From NCBI GenBank assembly GCA_040954595.2, contig CM082587.2:8623403-8687402 (forward strand): 64,000 nucleotides of DNA, read 5' to 3'. Shown here in pieces: positions 14,501-28,200 of this stretch (its first letter is position 1; every line of letters starts with the position of its first letter). The translations under genes were made by a program, and so were the position numbers. This stretch comes from Balanoglossus misakiensis. Lineage: Eukaryota; Animalia; Hemichordata. The notes beneath the pieces are model-generated. The model saw only the letters and a program-made list of their open reading frames with translations. It was not told the DNA's origin and ran no database searches.

Positions 14501-17500
14501 CCACATGTAGAATAACATGAACGGTGTCTTGTGTCAACCATAAATGATGGAAAAAGGGCAGCGAGAGAGAGACTTTGTCCCTTTAAATAAATTAATTTGT
14601 CATCAGTAGCAAAGGTTTTTACTCATACATGCATTCTATGTTGCTTAACATTTAAGCATAGTGTTAGAAATGGAGCAAGATTAGTTGCCCTCGGTGGCAT
14701 GGTAAAGTGTGCGGCCATTGAATTTGTGTAATATTTAATCACAGCAAAGAAAAAAACAAACGCATTGGATATGAATAAAAAAATCTCTAGACCCTCCCCT
14801 GTGGACTGCAATGTAATTCACTACAGTTTATTTATAATATTTATTTAGAACTGCACTGCAGCCTGCAACTAGTAACATTATCGAAAATTGAGGTTTCATC
14901 CAATTGAAAATGTGTGGTTTTTTTTTTACAGAGTGCATGGCCCAATGGAAATAACTGGTGGGGCTCCTCAATCTACTGCTGAGAGAGAACAGTTAAAGAT
15001 TGAACTGCATCAGGTCGATCAACAGATCATGCAACAACGTCATGCTATTGATGTCAGGGTAGGTTCTGAGAATATGACAGATTGTCATATAAATCTAACA
15101 AACAAAATTCTTTTAGATCAAACCCCTCTCCTGAATGAAATTTCAAATGTGCAAAGTGTTCATGTTTTCAGTGCATTACATGTAACAAATAAAATGAATT
15201 TACCATAGCTTTTAATAATATGCCCTACATTAATTATGATGTAACTCTACCATGGAGCGCTGTAGTTAGGGCATTAGTGTAATCCAAAGGAAAAACACCA
15301 AATTTAGCATATATATAAAGACATTTCATTTTACTCTGTCTGCTGCATTTCTTGTCGTGCTCTTAGTCTTTGTGGATGCTTATTTTTTTATACTTCAGTT
15401 GAGTTCGGATGAAGTCAATATGCCGTTCATTTTACGACAAGCAAGTTTTGTCATTGAATCGAATATCAGGTGCATATAAAAGTGACTTACAACAATCACT
15501 TTCTGAAATATATTCAGACTTTATTTTTCACCAACTGAAATCGACTGTGTTTCATATTAACAGCTTGCTAGAGACACTTTGATGTTGCATCGCGAAGAAA
15601 AGGCCATTTCTGCCCACAGACACCCAGGCCATGTGACACCATCTATAGACGATGAACTTCTGGCCAGAAGACTTCAAGAAGTGGAATTAGGAATCCAGGG
15701 ACAAACACTGGTGTCACCAGTAAGTAACATCTTCCTCTAATAATAGTGAGAAGGAGAAACACCTGAAAGTTCAATTTTGACATGAAGGAACTTTTTTTCT
15801 GACAGTTATTGAAAAGTTAGAAAGTGTATTACTTTGTGTGTTTGTATTTAAGTCTGTCTGTCCTGTGTGCCAGATATCCATGTTAAAGGAATCGTACAGC
15901 TTCAAATCTATTATGTTGACATGTTAATCATACTTGATATTACCTTTATATAAACTTCATACTGACAAAATCAGTATATTTTACAAATGGCCAGGACTTC
16001 TATCATTTTAGGAAGGATATGTTGAGTATATTATATATAACTGTTGCAAAATGTGCATTGTCATAATGATTTCTGTCAGCTGAACCTATCACAAAGAATC
16101 AATTTGAAGTGTTTTGTGATCTCTTGTTAGAATGAAATGGTTGTCTTGGACTTACAAACGCCATTGCCCTAATACATGTAATGTGTACAGTTACGTTTAA
16201 GCTACAGTACATTGTCTGCCACAATTCTCCCTACCTTAAATAGGATTTTGCTACCTAAGTGAGTGATAAAAATCTCACATGGTTGACAAAGTTTCAAGAT
16301 GGCCGATTTTTTTCCATGTTTAAAGCCACAGTATTTCTCGTCCGGGCATAATTTTGTTTGAAACGGCATCTATAATTTCTAAAAGTAGTTGATAATTGAT
16401 ACTGAATCGAACATATCCCCAGCTCTGTTCATAAACACATACAATATACAATGTAACTAGTGAAGAATGACTTTCTGTCCGGACAGAAAGTCAGGCTCTG
16501 TTAAACCCCGGTGCGGAAAGTCCTGGGGTTCGGATTAACGTGTGTTTGTATAGTTGTTTATTTGGGAGTGGTCGTCGTGCATAATGACTGTGTAATTGCT
16601 CTCATGTACACAGAAAATAATTGAACACTTCACACTTCCACACGATTGACAACTGTTTGAATGGCGTGGTTATTGTTTCCCAGGGACGCTTCTGAAAAGC
16701 ACTGAAACAAGATTTCTCCCAAAATCATCGTTGTTTCATAAGCTCGTGTACTTTTTCGTCGATAACTTTATGTTGTGTGTGTTTATAAAGCCAACTACTG
16801 TCGTTGTGTGGTGTAATTCTTTATGCTTGGACCTGTTTGGGCCGATTTTCATAGAGCCAAGATCGTTGGTGTTGTCTGTTGTCAGTCAAACGGCATTAAG
16901 ATTCGCCACTGATTTGGGGGGTCTTTTATACCCCGCACCAGGGTTTAACACACGTGACTACTGCGCATGCGCACTCAAATGTGAATCTACGCGGAAGAGG
17001 TTTGGTCGCCCCAAATCTAGCGACTCAGCGAAGAAATGCGCACTAATTCGGCGAAATTCTGGGTAGATAAATATATGGCATGAAATTAGTCGATGGAACC
17101 AAATCAAATTCGAAAATGATCTGACATCAAATGTCAAAGTGGCACGTTTGCTAATCGACATGTACACCATTTCCATTGTAAACAAACCCGAGCATCATTT
17201 CAAGTGTTACGGGTAATATTTACAGCTTGCATATAGCTACAATTGCCCAAACCTTTCTTATATCTTCATTATGTAGTATTCCATGATGAATGTACGGGAA
17301 AAACGGGAAATTTCCAATGATGAAAAATGGATACACACGAGAAATACTGGGGCTTTAAGAAATGGTAGTTCATAAGCTTAAGTGATATTTGGTCATTCTG
17401 ATACTTTGTAACGAAAAAAAGTGGTTATCATTTCTTCCAACTCTTACTACAGTGAGTTGTCGACTTTTTACCCAAAATTCAATTATTATAATGTGATTTG

Positions 17501-20500
17501 ACCCCCTAGCACAAGGTGAAAACCTATTTAAGGCAGTCAGAATTCACCAGCATGTTTGCTGTCAACTGTTTCATGAACAATGACAATTAACGCTCTCATA
17601 ACCAGACAATCAGCAAAATCAACAAATGATTGATTAAAATGCACTTGTAACAAAAGAGACTGTGATGAGGTTCATTGCGATATTGTAAAGTGGAATACAT
17701 TGTATTTTATTGCTTAGAATTTAATGAAGAATGAGGAAGTAGACAAGGACAGAAAGGTGAGCGGATGTGTCACATTTAGTCAGAGGCATCAGATACAAGT
17801 GACAGTTCTTTAAAAAACCTAGTCATTTTTAATGACCTAAACATTTGTCAAAAAGTTTTTTTTTTCAATGAGTGTATGCACTTAAAGACACTTGTATGGG
17901 ATTATATAGCGGCATGGGGTGCCTTAGAGGTGCTTTAGTTTTTATTAGTCTATTTATAATGAAGAAAAACTTTAAAATGATATCAAAAATGTCTGACAGC
18001 TAATCAGTGTAGTTGATAAAATTGTTTAAAAAGATATGTTTTAAGTTGAGATTTGAAATGTTGAATAAATGTATATGCCAATGTGACCAGAAGGATGATC
18101 TATTTCCGACACAAATATTATGTTTCATGTATACGTGCGAGAAATTTTGCATTTCACTTGGTTTAATATTTTAATAATAACACATGATCGAGAGCAACAT
18201 CACAATTTGAAGCCTGCACGAGGGATGGTGATCTCTGACTACAATATTGATGATGCCCGAGCTGCAGGGCTTTATCAAATCTAGCCATGTTATATCACTT
18301 TTTTTTGCTATATCACGTAAGTGCGTCTCAGCCAATCATGAATACGACATAACACGTGAGGTGTAATAATATAATATAAATTTCTACATTTTTAAAAATG
18401 ACTGAAGGTATGGAGATGGGGGGGGGGGGGTAAAATGCACGTTGTTCTACTCATTTAGGGCACAGCCATGAATGCTTATTAAATGTAAAACTATGATATG
18501 TTGATATAGAATACCGAATGTAGCGAGAGAATAAACATTGTGTACTTTTGTGTTTTATAGAGAGATACAGATACTGTTAGTGACAGGGCTATAGCAAGCC
18601 GTCTGCAACAAGATGAAATGGAATATGACAGAAATGGTGAGAGAAGTCAACCACCAACAACACGTACGCCAGTCCCTGAACCTGTGGTAAGCAGTACGAC
18701 AATTTATATACAATTACATTATTCACGTGGGTTGCCAACTAAAAATGACCACCTCTGTGGTCTGAAATTTTTGTAAAATTCTGTACCTTTAAAAATGAAT
18801 TGAAGTAATTGTGGGTCAGTGGCCATTTTACCTCTGCTGTCAGCCACGCAGAGCTTTTCAGATAGGGTGATTTTCTGTTCGTCCGTGTCAATCCGTCTGT
18901 CATTCAACAACTGACTTCTTAAAACCTGCTGGTCATACAGCTTTGGAATTTGATGTGTAGGTTCCTTGGGGTGACCTAAGTAAAATTTGTTCACAATTGA
19001 GGTGAAATTTGGGGGAATTGTTGCCATTTTGGAAAAAAAGTCATCGTCTTTGAACTGCTTGTCCGAATACTGTGAAATTTTGCTATACAGGTCCCTGGGG
19101 ATGGTCTAAAGTCAGATTTGTTCAAATTGTGACAGAATCTACAATAATGTATTTTGTGGCAACATTTGTCTTTTAGGGTCAAAAATCCCAGTGTCCACTT
19201 TTGTGATTGCTTTGAAATTTGGTGTTCAGACCCCCTGCAGTGATCTTAGTGAGATTTCTTCAAATCATGATTGAATCTTCATGGTTTTGTTTACAACAAT
19301 TTTTGCAATGTTCTAAAAAACATCTTCAGCTGATCTCTTCAAAAATCTCCACTAATTGTCTAATTGTTTTGAAGTTTGGTGTGAAAGTCCCCAGGGTGAT
19401 CTAAGTCAAATTGGTTGAAATTGCGTCAAATTTTGCATTACTATCGTCAAGTTTGTCGTCTTAAAGGTATACGGTCACCTCCAATTTACATATCGCCATA
19501 TATAGTTGAAATGGCGTATTTGAGTGTTCTAAAGAACGCTTTATTTTTGCGTGTGCCACCCACTGAAAATCTGTGATTGGTCAGATCTCGTTTTACCATG
19601 GTAACTGTGGCTAAATTTGTATAGGTGACCGTATACCTTTAATAGACATGTGCCATTTCTTATGAAGCAGTTATCTTGTTTATAATACAAAGATCACCAC
19701 GGAGCTTGTATCAGCCCCTATATGTTGCTTGCTTTCTTTGTAAATTTGCTTAGTAATTTACATATCACATGATGCTACGTGAATATCAGCTGTGTTGATT
19801 GGTCTGAATTTATTTTACGAGTTTTAAACATATCTGAAAATTCTTATCTTATTTCTTCTGAACAGCTGGAATTTTACCAATGGTGGAACACAAATCCCTC
19901 AGCTTTTAATATGGAGTGGATGATGTAATGTAAATGAATGCACTTGTTTGTGATATAAATGCTTGGTCTTTTTATCCAAATGATTTGCAAAAAAAGATGC
20001 CGTTGATTGATGAAAATTAATGTTCTTGAAGCAAATGTGAAAATTGGTAACAGAAAAAGTATATTTGTAGTCTACTGTACTGTAACTGTTTAGGATTATG
20101 CCATTAGATGTTTGATTTTTATGAAAAACGTCAACCCAAAAAATAAAGTCGAAAATAAAAACTAAAGCTGAATTCTCTACCATGCACCATTCTTATTGTG
20201 TAAGATGTCACTTTCGAATAATCAAAGTGACATCTTGTCCATGTAGTTCATGTGAATTACCTACATTGTGATAATTTGTTTAGATCATTATAATAATGGT
20301 ATATATAGTCTGTGTTGATGCTCAGATGTACTCTGTTTTATTTGAGACTAATATTTACTGGAAATGGTGCGTGGTTTGTTTAGATTTTAAAGCAAAACCT
20401 GTTGTTTCCAATTATCAACATGAACTTTTGGTTTCGCAAATATCCTAGTTAAATTTGAGAAGTATAAACATCTATGGCTAACACGAGAAACATTTTATAA

Positions 20501-21191
20501 GGTGTTTTATTGCAATCAGGAGCTTGGACCAAGTGTTTGTATCATTTCACCGAATTATTGTGTACCCTTCCACCCCTACATCCAAACATGTTATGTATGA
20601 TTTCAATGGGTGAAACTATGCGGTGAGTTTGTACAGGGGTGGAACGGTGGTCAGTATTTGATGAGAGAGGGTGGATGAGACAGGCAACTATCATTCACGT
20701 CACTGTTGTTCTTGAACATGCAGGCAGCCAATGACTATCAAAATGCCTTAACTGTCACGGAGATGGACGAGAGAACAATGAGACATGGACACCACCAGCC
20801 ACAGCCACAGCTTGCAGACACTCACCACTACGCTCAACAACTTGTCTACAATGAGGCTCAGGCTATGCCCGTCAATGATGAGCCCCAACCAGTGGGCATT
20901 CCTCTTGCCCCTCCTTACGGTTACACTGAGTATCACCCGTATCAAATGGTACAACCCTCTCCCATGATTCAAAATTCTTACCCGCCTAATGTGAGACCAA
21001 TGCCTCCACCTATTGATCCAAGACCATACTATTATGACTCTAGGGTGGGTGGTTATACACAAGTTCCAATGGTTGTCAACAAAGATATGACAAGACCAGC
21101 AGCGTCTGTTAATGTGATTGAAGACCCTCAAGCTGCCAACTTTGATGGCCGAGTGGTACATGGTGAAAGTTACTCAGATGGCATGATGTAA
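5529..21191 (+). CDS. RC3H1: Roquin (RING finger and CCCH zinc finger RNA-binding protein, RC3H1/RC3H2 ortholog), long isoform about 1306 aa, 16 coding exons
   Basis: N-terminus [17 protein letters not shown] (RING), ROQ domain ([17 protein letters not shown]...[13 protein letters not shown]...[11 protein letters not shown]), CCCH finger [23 protein letters not shown], and conserved [15 protein letters not shown] motif. GT-AG exons, all in phase: 5529-5874, 6235-6468, 6770-6993, 7841-7993, 8350-8482, 9244-9362, 9552-9661, 10170-10391, 10927-11033, 11505-11908, 13267-14219, 14932-15058, 15564-15719, 17718-17756, 18561-18686, 20724-21191. The 3' exons are less certain. Confidence 0.95.
7126..7562. 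mobile_element. Tc1/mariner-type MITE in a Roquin intron
   Basis: TA|CAGTGCAGCTTAGGAATAGCTTTCCAA ... TTGGAAAGCTATTCCTAAGCTGCACTG|TA, with an internal direct repeat. Confidence 0.85.
10038..10122. mobile_element. 85-bp piggyBac-like mini element, with other copies at 29573-29660, 35088-35172, 47002-47086, about 57789-57920, 63114-63198 and degenerate ones at about 24945-25030 and 58520-58560
   Basis: TTAA|CCCTTT ... AAAGGG|TTAA, with a conserved core CCATGGTTTGGTCCAAACCCATTG...GAGGGAACTGGGG. Confidence 0.85.
10610..10886 (+). repeat. Dispersed repeat of about 280 bp; second copy inverted at about 45545-45836 in the caspase B intron
   Basis: Shared ATCAAATGACGTCAGACGCGCTCA..TTTCCAGATGACGGGCAACTTCA..GGGTCACATGG; short ATTCTT/AAGAAT ends. 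Confidence 0.85.
11953..12571. mobile_element. Foldback MITE with TTAA target duplication (Kolobok-like AG termini), nested in a Tc1/pogo-like element starting at about 11933
   Basis: Inverted arms of about 280 bp, the outer about 170 bp essentially perfect. The flanks restore CAGTGAAACCTGTCTA-TTAA-GGACAC. Confidence 0.88.
16224..16312 (+). repeat. Repeat of about 90 bp, duplicated at about 23306-23395
   Basis: ATTCTCCCTACCTTAAATAGG.TTTTGCTACCTA.GTGAGTGATAAAAATCTCACATGGT..CAAGATGGCCGATTTT occurs in both places. Confidence 0.8.
16324..17354. mobile_element. TTAA-flanked non-autonomous DNA transposon (Kolobok-like)
   Basis: TTAA|AGCCACAGTATTTCTCGT ... ACGAGAAATACTGGGGCT|TTAA. Confidence 0.8.
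19465..19637. mobile_element. TTAA-flanked MITE, with related copies at about 387-585 and 31550-31650
   Basis: TTAA|AGGTATACGGTCACCT ... AGGTGACCGTATACCT|TTAA; shared core GTGTGCCACCCACTGAAAATCTGTG. Confidence 0.85.
19866..19928 (+). CDS. Putative alternative terminal exon of Roquin ([20 protein letters not shown]), short isoform about 1171 aa
   Basis: Strong polypyrimidine acceptor ttcttatcttatttcttctgaacag, phase 0 matching the donor after 18686, open to TAA, with two AATAAA signals at about 20142 and 20154. Confidence 0.55.
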   Translation: MEFYQWWNTNPSAFNMEWMM

Positions 21192-24100
21192 GCCAAGACC
21201 AATCAATCCACCATTTAGGAAACGATTACTACATGCCTTGATATATTCCAACATGCCTTGATATATTCCAATGTTGTGAAATTACGTACAATTTGAGCTG
21301 GTTTTGTACACATGTATGGCGCTTGTACAACCTATTTCTTATACTTTAAAGCTTTTCATTCTAGTAATACATAAATATAAATTTATGTTAAATATACAGC
21401 AGGTAACTTCTTGGTTAGGTACATCTCATAGATTCTCCCTAACCATCTGTGCGAGCCAAACCCCCCCCCCCCCCTAGTTTGCAGCTTTCTTCCAACAGAA
21501 TCAAAATTGTACAGCAAATTGAAGCAGACATTACATTTTCCAATGTGGTGATTGTTATTGACAAATATCAGCAATGTGGATTGGATTCTTTGAACAGAAA
21601 ACCAACATTCTCAACTGAACAAACCGTTGGTTTACTAAAAATTCTGCACTTTAACCTTTACAAGGTGATTATCTATGACTATGTTCTTTACAAAAATGCT
21701 GGTGGTTGTTATTGCTGTCATCACTATTGTACACAGAAGTTTGCTACGTTGTGTTGGTTTTACGAACCAAGGGTTTGATAACATCGACTGGTCAACACCA
21801 AATTTAAAAATAGAGCTTATAAAACAACCCTGTCATGTTGTTCCTAACTAATAGAGTGTATCGAACTGTGTATGTTAAGTGCGTTAACAGAGGACGTTTA
21901 CATGTTTGTGATTGTGCTTTTCTGTGTGCCATTCGGTCGACCAAGTTATGGAGCTAGGAATATCATTTCCTGAATAGTCACTGCTTGGCTTAAGTGAAGA
22001 TGGTCAAATGGCAGCAATGGTGGAGGGCGTTTCTAAGTCTTGCAACTTTTGTATGGAAATGATACACATTATTCCATAAACACCTACTGCACTGTGTGCG
22101 AGTGTGATGCTATGCGATATTGCTGCATTTTCAGTTCATATATATTTTATATGTGGGTTTGAAAATTCTTGTGTTATTGAGTAGGAAATGGATTTTATAG
22201 TATACTGTATTTCAATTTTAATTATCACATAGAGGGAAAGTGATAGGCGCAACATACCTTGTATATGCAGTCTGTTGTAAACACTGTCATAGTCTGACAT
22301 TCAGTGGATGCAGAACTGTCTTGAAGGATTCAAAGATTTTGTCCAGTGTTTAAAGCCCCATGAGCTGCCAAATTTCACATATGTTTTCCACAATAAAATA
22401 CTTAAAATCTTCTTGTTCTTTAAAATCCTCACCATTAACCCGTATTACTTGCATTTGCATCAGATAATTGTCATCTCTTGGCGATGCATACCACAATAGT
22501 TGTGTACTATTTGTATCGAGCCCGATTAAACGGGTGTGGCACCTATTTAATATATCACTTGTTCAAATTGCAACAGCCACAGTAGAGCATCGATAAGATG
22601 TTCATGTATACCTATCAGTAAGCTTATTTAGATGGACCAGTCTGAGTTGAAAAATAAAAAATCATAAAAAATGCAAAAAGAGGCAGCTCTTGGGGCTTCA
22701 ATGCCAGATTTTGGATATTTTACACATCATTCACTTTTTTGGTGTATGTTTGTACAAGTATGTGGTTGTTACAAGTCAGTCACTACTGACAGTGTCTGCC
22801 AACAAGGTCTGTGTTTGATTCGCTGTTAATTATCACTCATTGTGTAATGCTCAACATGACTAAGAATCCATTTCGATTTATATTCATTTATTGATAATTG
22901 TATAAAAGTAAAGTAAAATTGAACAATTTTCTTGACTAGACACAATGCTACTAAAATGTCTTGGATGTAGAACCTTTGTGTCATTTTGTCGTAAAGCTTT
23001 GTTTTATAAATCACTGTAAGCATGAATATTGCATGTTTTTTCAGAGGACACTGAAACTGATAAATTACAGGCAGGCTGCCTGATTTGAAATCAGCCACTT
23101 TTTTCCACATAAAAAAATGCTTAATACTAGCAGCCAGTTTATTCTTTGGATGATATAGTCCAGTAAGAATGTGTACTTGGATCTATTTAACAGGTCTTGT
23201 GACTTAAATACTAAAATATGTGAACTGTTATGGCATCCATCAAAGTGAATTACTGGTAGTGTTCTTACATGGTTTCTTTTTCACCTGTATGTAATCTGCA
23301 CTAGAATTCTCCCTACCTTAAATAGGGTTTTGCTACCTAGGTGAGTGATAAAAATCTCACATGGTCGACACCATTCCAAGATGGCCGATTTTTGCCATCA
23401 ACTAATGTATCCAATTTCTCATGCTGATGTACTGGTATATTTTTCTATTTTTGCGGTCTGAGACTGATCAACTCCTTTTACTGGTCCAAGTCACTTTATA
23501 GATCACCATGGTAACATATTTGCGTTTGCTGCTGTGAACAAATTTAGTGGCACTCCCATTTTGTGAATTTTTTTTTTTTTGATTGCTGTGGTTCATGTGC
23601 CCCAACAAAAAATCGCTCTGGATGGTCTTATGGTTTGAATTTAAATGACATGGTGCCATTTAAATTCAGTTTCCAAAGGATAAATATTTGAAAGTTTATG
23701 GAGTTCCCGTGGTACCAGTAAAACTGAGATTAGGACATATCATTATGTTCTTGTGTGTCATCCCAGAAAATACTGATGAGGAGTACATGTACAAAGTCAA
23801 ATTTGATTGCCACTTTCTTTGACCATAACCTGAACACTTCCCCAAAGTTTATCATAATAATTGTCACTGCTGCCAAGCGCTCTTCTGATACAGAAATAAT
23901 TAAACCATGTAAGACATTGCAATCAGAAGAAAATACTTTTCTGTCAAATTTTCTTCATGATGGCAAAATCCAAAGTAGCTCTCTTTAAGATGCGTGTTGT
24001 AATAATAATTGCTTTTAATAAAAGGTATAATATGATGTGTCATGATTGAATAACAGCTTTTCTTTAAAAAGAAAGATTGTTTTATTCTTGATAAGAAGCA

Positions 24101-25238
24101 ACTACTTGAGAATGTGAGTGTCGCTCTATTTCCATTCTACATGCTATGTAGGGATATTTTAAAACCTACCACCCCCAGAATACCTGCATAATGCAGTATC
24201 CTAATTGTTTTCTTTGGTCAGATGAGACCATATTAAAGAAATTGGGGTGATCAGGTTAAAATTTTAGAAAAGTTATTATTATAACCAGAAAAAGTAAGGA
24301 CGATATTTCCAATATGTTTGTCATACTAAACTGAAGTATAATATCACTTGTGTGTTTCAATATCATTTGGCAAAGTAATAATTAAATGTGGAAATGACCA
24401 CAATTTTCTCGAAATTTCTCACAGATTTTACCCTTGTATTGGGGATAGAATTTCTTACTTCTTCAGTTTCGAAAATATTTGTCAGAGTTGTGTAATTGCA
24501 ATTTGTTTATAAACAACTATTGCCAGAAGAGATTGGGTGTTGGTAACACTATGGTGTGTTGTGATTCTGAAAAGTGTAATTAATATTTCATAATTGTTTT
24601 TCATTTGACTATTCAAATAGAATATCTTCATGGAAGTCTGTGTTTACACACTGTAGCTTTTTACAGTATTATGTGAGCTTTGAACTATGTAACCAAATTT
24701 TCTTTCAGATACAGAAGTGATATAATCATTATAGCTATAATGCAACTATATTGTATTTCAATTAATACTCGTCCAATAAAATTTGATTGTATTGAAAAAT
24801 TTGTAGGTTCTGTGTTTATGTATACTGCTGTGTTGTTCCTAAAACACAGCTGATGAAGAGAGCATGCCAACTGTTGTACTGAAGGTAAAGTTTGCATCCA
24901 GTACCAACTTTCCTGATACTATTTAACCTCTTGACCTTATCACAAGCCATGGAGAAATAATTTCCCCTTTTAGAGGTCTAACACTGCTGTTGAAACAATG
25001 GATTTGGACCAAACCATGGCGGTGAAAGGATGAATGAATAATTGGATGGATGCCACAGCTCGTGATCAAATCACAAAGCTGACAGTCAGCAATCCCTCAA
25101 TTTCAAGTGTTTTAACTTGCTGTCATTTAGCTAATGAAAACCAACACAAGACTTTAAAACAACAAGGTTTTTTATTCAAAAATGGAAAATTGAATGTTTG
25201 ACCTTTATATGATATACTAAAGATAAATGCTAACAATG

Positions 25239-28200
25239 TCATCTTGGACGCAGGATTCTTGATTTCAGTTGATGGAATTTATCCTCTTCCAAAGACTCTC
25301 TGATTTCTTGAAAAAACTCGAAATAGTGATGAAAATTGTGCCTGCAATGAAATAGAATAAGCTGTGATTAGGAGAGTTTTTTAGTACACTGCTGTAATAC
25401 CAATTCAAATGTCTCCCCTCTTAAAGTGAAGGGGTGGTCGCGCCGCGTTTGTTTGTTTCTAAACATTACAATTCATCCACAAATCCCTGAAATTACATAA
25501 TTCTTAGACTGAACGAAGCAGCCAATCGTAGCGTAGACTGGGCATCACAGCAACTGAAGATCCTAGTAGGTCGTGGCGACTGCAGTGAGGTTTGCGCTGG
25601 TATGGGAGGACATATTCTCATCAGGGGGGACACCCATGCGGCGCGACGACTACTTCCCTTTAACTAGATTCCAACAAATGTTTCTGGAGACTTAGTTTGA
25701 CATTGCTACATTGCTGTAGTTGGACAAATAAGTACATAGTTGGAAATGTCGATGGCCAATGATAACATTATAAACATATTTGAAATTCCCAATCATCCTT
25801 ATGTTGTCAAAGAAACATGCTACACATCCATGTCATAGAGTCTACAACAGTTTGCCAGAGTAACCTAGTCTACATCTATGGTAGATTGTATCACAAAGTG
25901 TGCTCTTGCGCATTTCTCAAAACACATCCTATCATCATTCTGGATTCTGATAGACTTATTAACGAGTGACTGGTGTTGGATACTATTATGCTAATCACTT
26001 TTCAATGTCTATACTTACAACATTAGTAAAACCCTTGCAAGTAATTCTTTGGTCACCAGAAGATGATGAATATAAGCTTTCGTGTGATTACAACAACAGT
26101 AGCACTGGCATCCAGGGATCACTGCTGTCATATCTTCCTTGTACCTGCAGACAAAATTACAAATTATAACAATCTGCCATTGTAAGTAATGGGGTAAATA
26201 GCATCAAGGACACTAGATGTGCTTCAGTTTCAGGGGACAAAGTCTCTCTCTCGCTGCCCTTTACCATTAATTATGTTTGATACAAGACACTGTTTATGTT
26301 ATTCTACATGAGGATATATAGTGAAAAACTCGCCAAAATGAATAATCATTTTCAACCATTTATTCATTTTGGCGAGGTTTTACTCTCATATCCTACAAAC
26401 GGATGAAAGTTGTGTGTGGTTGAACGTTCATTCACTACATATACACATGTACATGACTCATAGAAATAAATTAATAGAAACTAATCAGATGACATAATTC
26501 TGAATCAGATTGTCAGATTCATGGTCAAGATCTGTCTATTCTATGCCTTTGTACATAATTTTGAAGAGCAATAATTGTCTCTAGCCAGATTTAGTTGCAC
26601 ACACTCCACACAGGGTTGGGAAGTCTTGGTGAGTTTAGTGACAATGAGAGACATGACAGATTCTATGACAGAGTATGTTGAACAGATCTTACAAAATGGC
26701 AATGCCACTTTCAAACACTATAGTGAGCTACTGTAATTATACCTTGGATCATTGAGGTCGATTTCATAGACTGTTTTGAGTACAGACTCCACCCCATTAT
26801 TTGTCTTGTTACTATTCACACTTTGTGCTGGGTCACCACATGCCTCTTCTTCATTCTGTGATGTGATGTTCTCTGCACTTCCCTCAGTGTTGTCGGCATC
26901 CGAGGGCCTGAAGTTGAACACCAAAGCACACCCTCTATCTGTCACCAAATAGGGGAAACTGAAGATCAACAGTTTAGGATAATACACGGAGAAACCCTAA
27001 TTTCTCTGATTTCACTAAGCACTAGATGTGATACATGCATTAATATTACACACATCTGATGTTGACAAAAATTTATTTATGACCAGTTTATGAGACCTGC
27101 ACCATGTCACACTTATTACCTGTCCATTGACCATTCACAGGTATTTTGACTGGTTATACATGTATACCTTGGTTCCTGATCCAGCAGAAAAAGTCTATTC
27201 TGAGCAAGTTACCCATACTGGTACTCCTTTTAAAAGGATTATAGCAATAAGACCTTTCAATTAAATGAATCTGACATTATGCAACTCCTACAGTCTGCCT
27301 ATTTCTAGAAAGTTGAGAAAGAGGGAAACACATCATGGCTACATATATTTTGACGTCAATGTTCAAAATGGTCATATGACTATTAACATTTTCCATACCC
27401 TGTCAAAAATCTGTTTTCTGAAAGATACTACAAGATTTTTGGCAGAAATTTATGTTACATGAAGCTACTGTGTCAGGCCTTCATTCACTTTCTGATACAA
27501 ATTCTTTTCAGTAAGAAAAAACTTTTTGGTAAACACCTTCAGAGAATGATAACTTTACAATGAAACAGTTCCAAAAATCATAGCCACTTCAAGAAGTTAC
27601 AGAGGCCCCTAGGCCTTGTTTTGACACACACAATAGGCACGTGATTTTGTGTATAGTTTTAAAATCCTGAACAACAATGTAATAGTACAGACAGCCGAAT
27701 GCCTATGGTAATATCAATAGTGATCAATTATGAACTTTTCACAATCTCAATGATGGGGCCTATTTTGAGTAATTTTATGTGCCCAATAATCTTCAAAGGC
27801 ATATCAAAGGATACGCTGAGTCAAAGATATCAATTCCTGCTTCAATATCTTCTATAACTTGATCTGGTCTTCCAGAACCATGGATAAGTCGTGGCTTATC
27901 TTCTGGTAGTTCTGCCTATCAGTAAAACGATATAAACAATATTGAGTAGGTGATATTCATGCAAACAAAAGCTCCAAATGTCGAAACATTGCAAACAAAA
28001 ATGGACCCAACAAAAGCCCACAATGACTGGTGTGGCTGGAAACTCGCTGAAATGTACAGTATTTTGATATTTTACACTTAATAGTCATTCATCTTATTTG
28101 TTTACTGAGGAATTACAATAAAAGATATGTAGATGTCATTATTATTATTATCATCCCAGAATTGATACATTTAACAATAGTGATTCATGTCTGTAGAATG

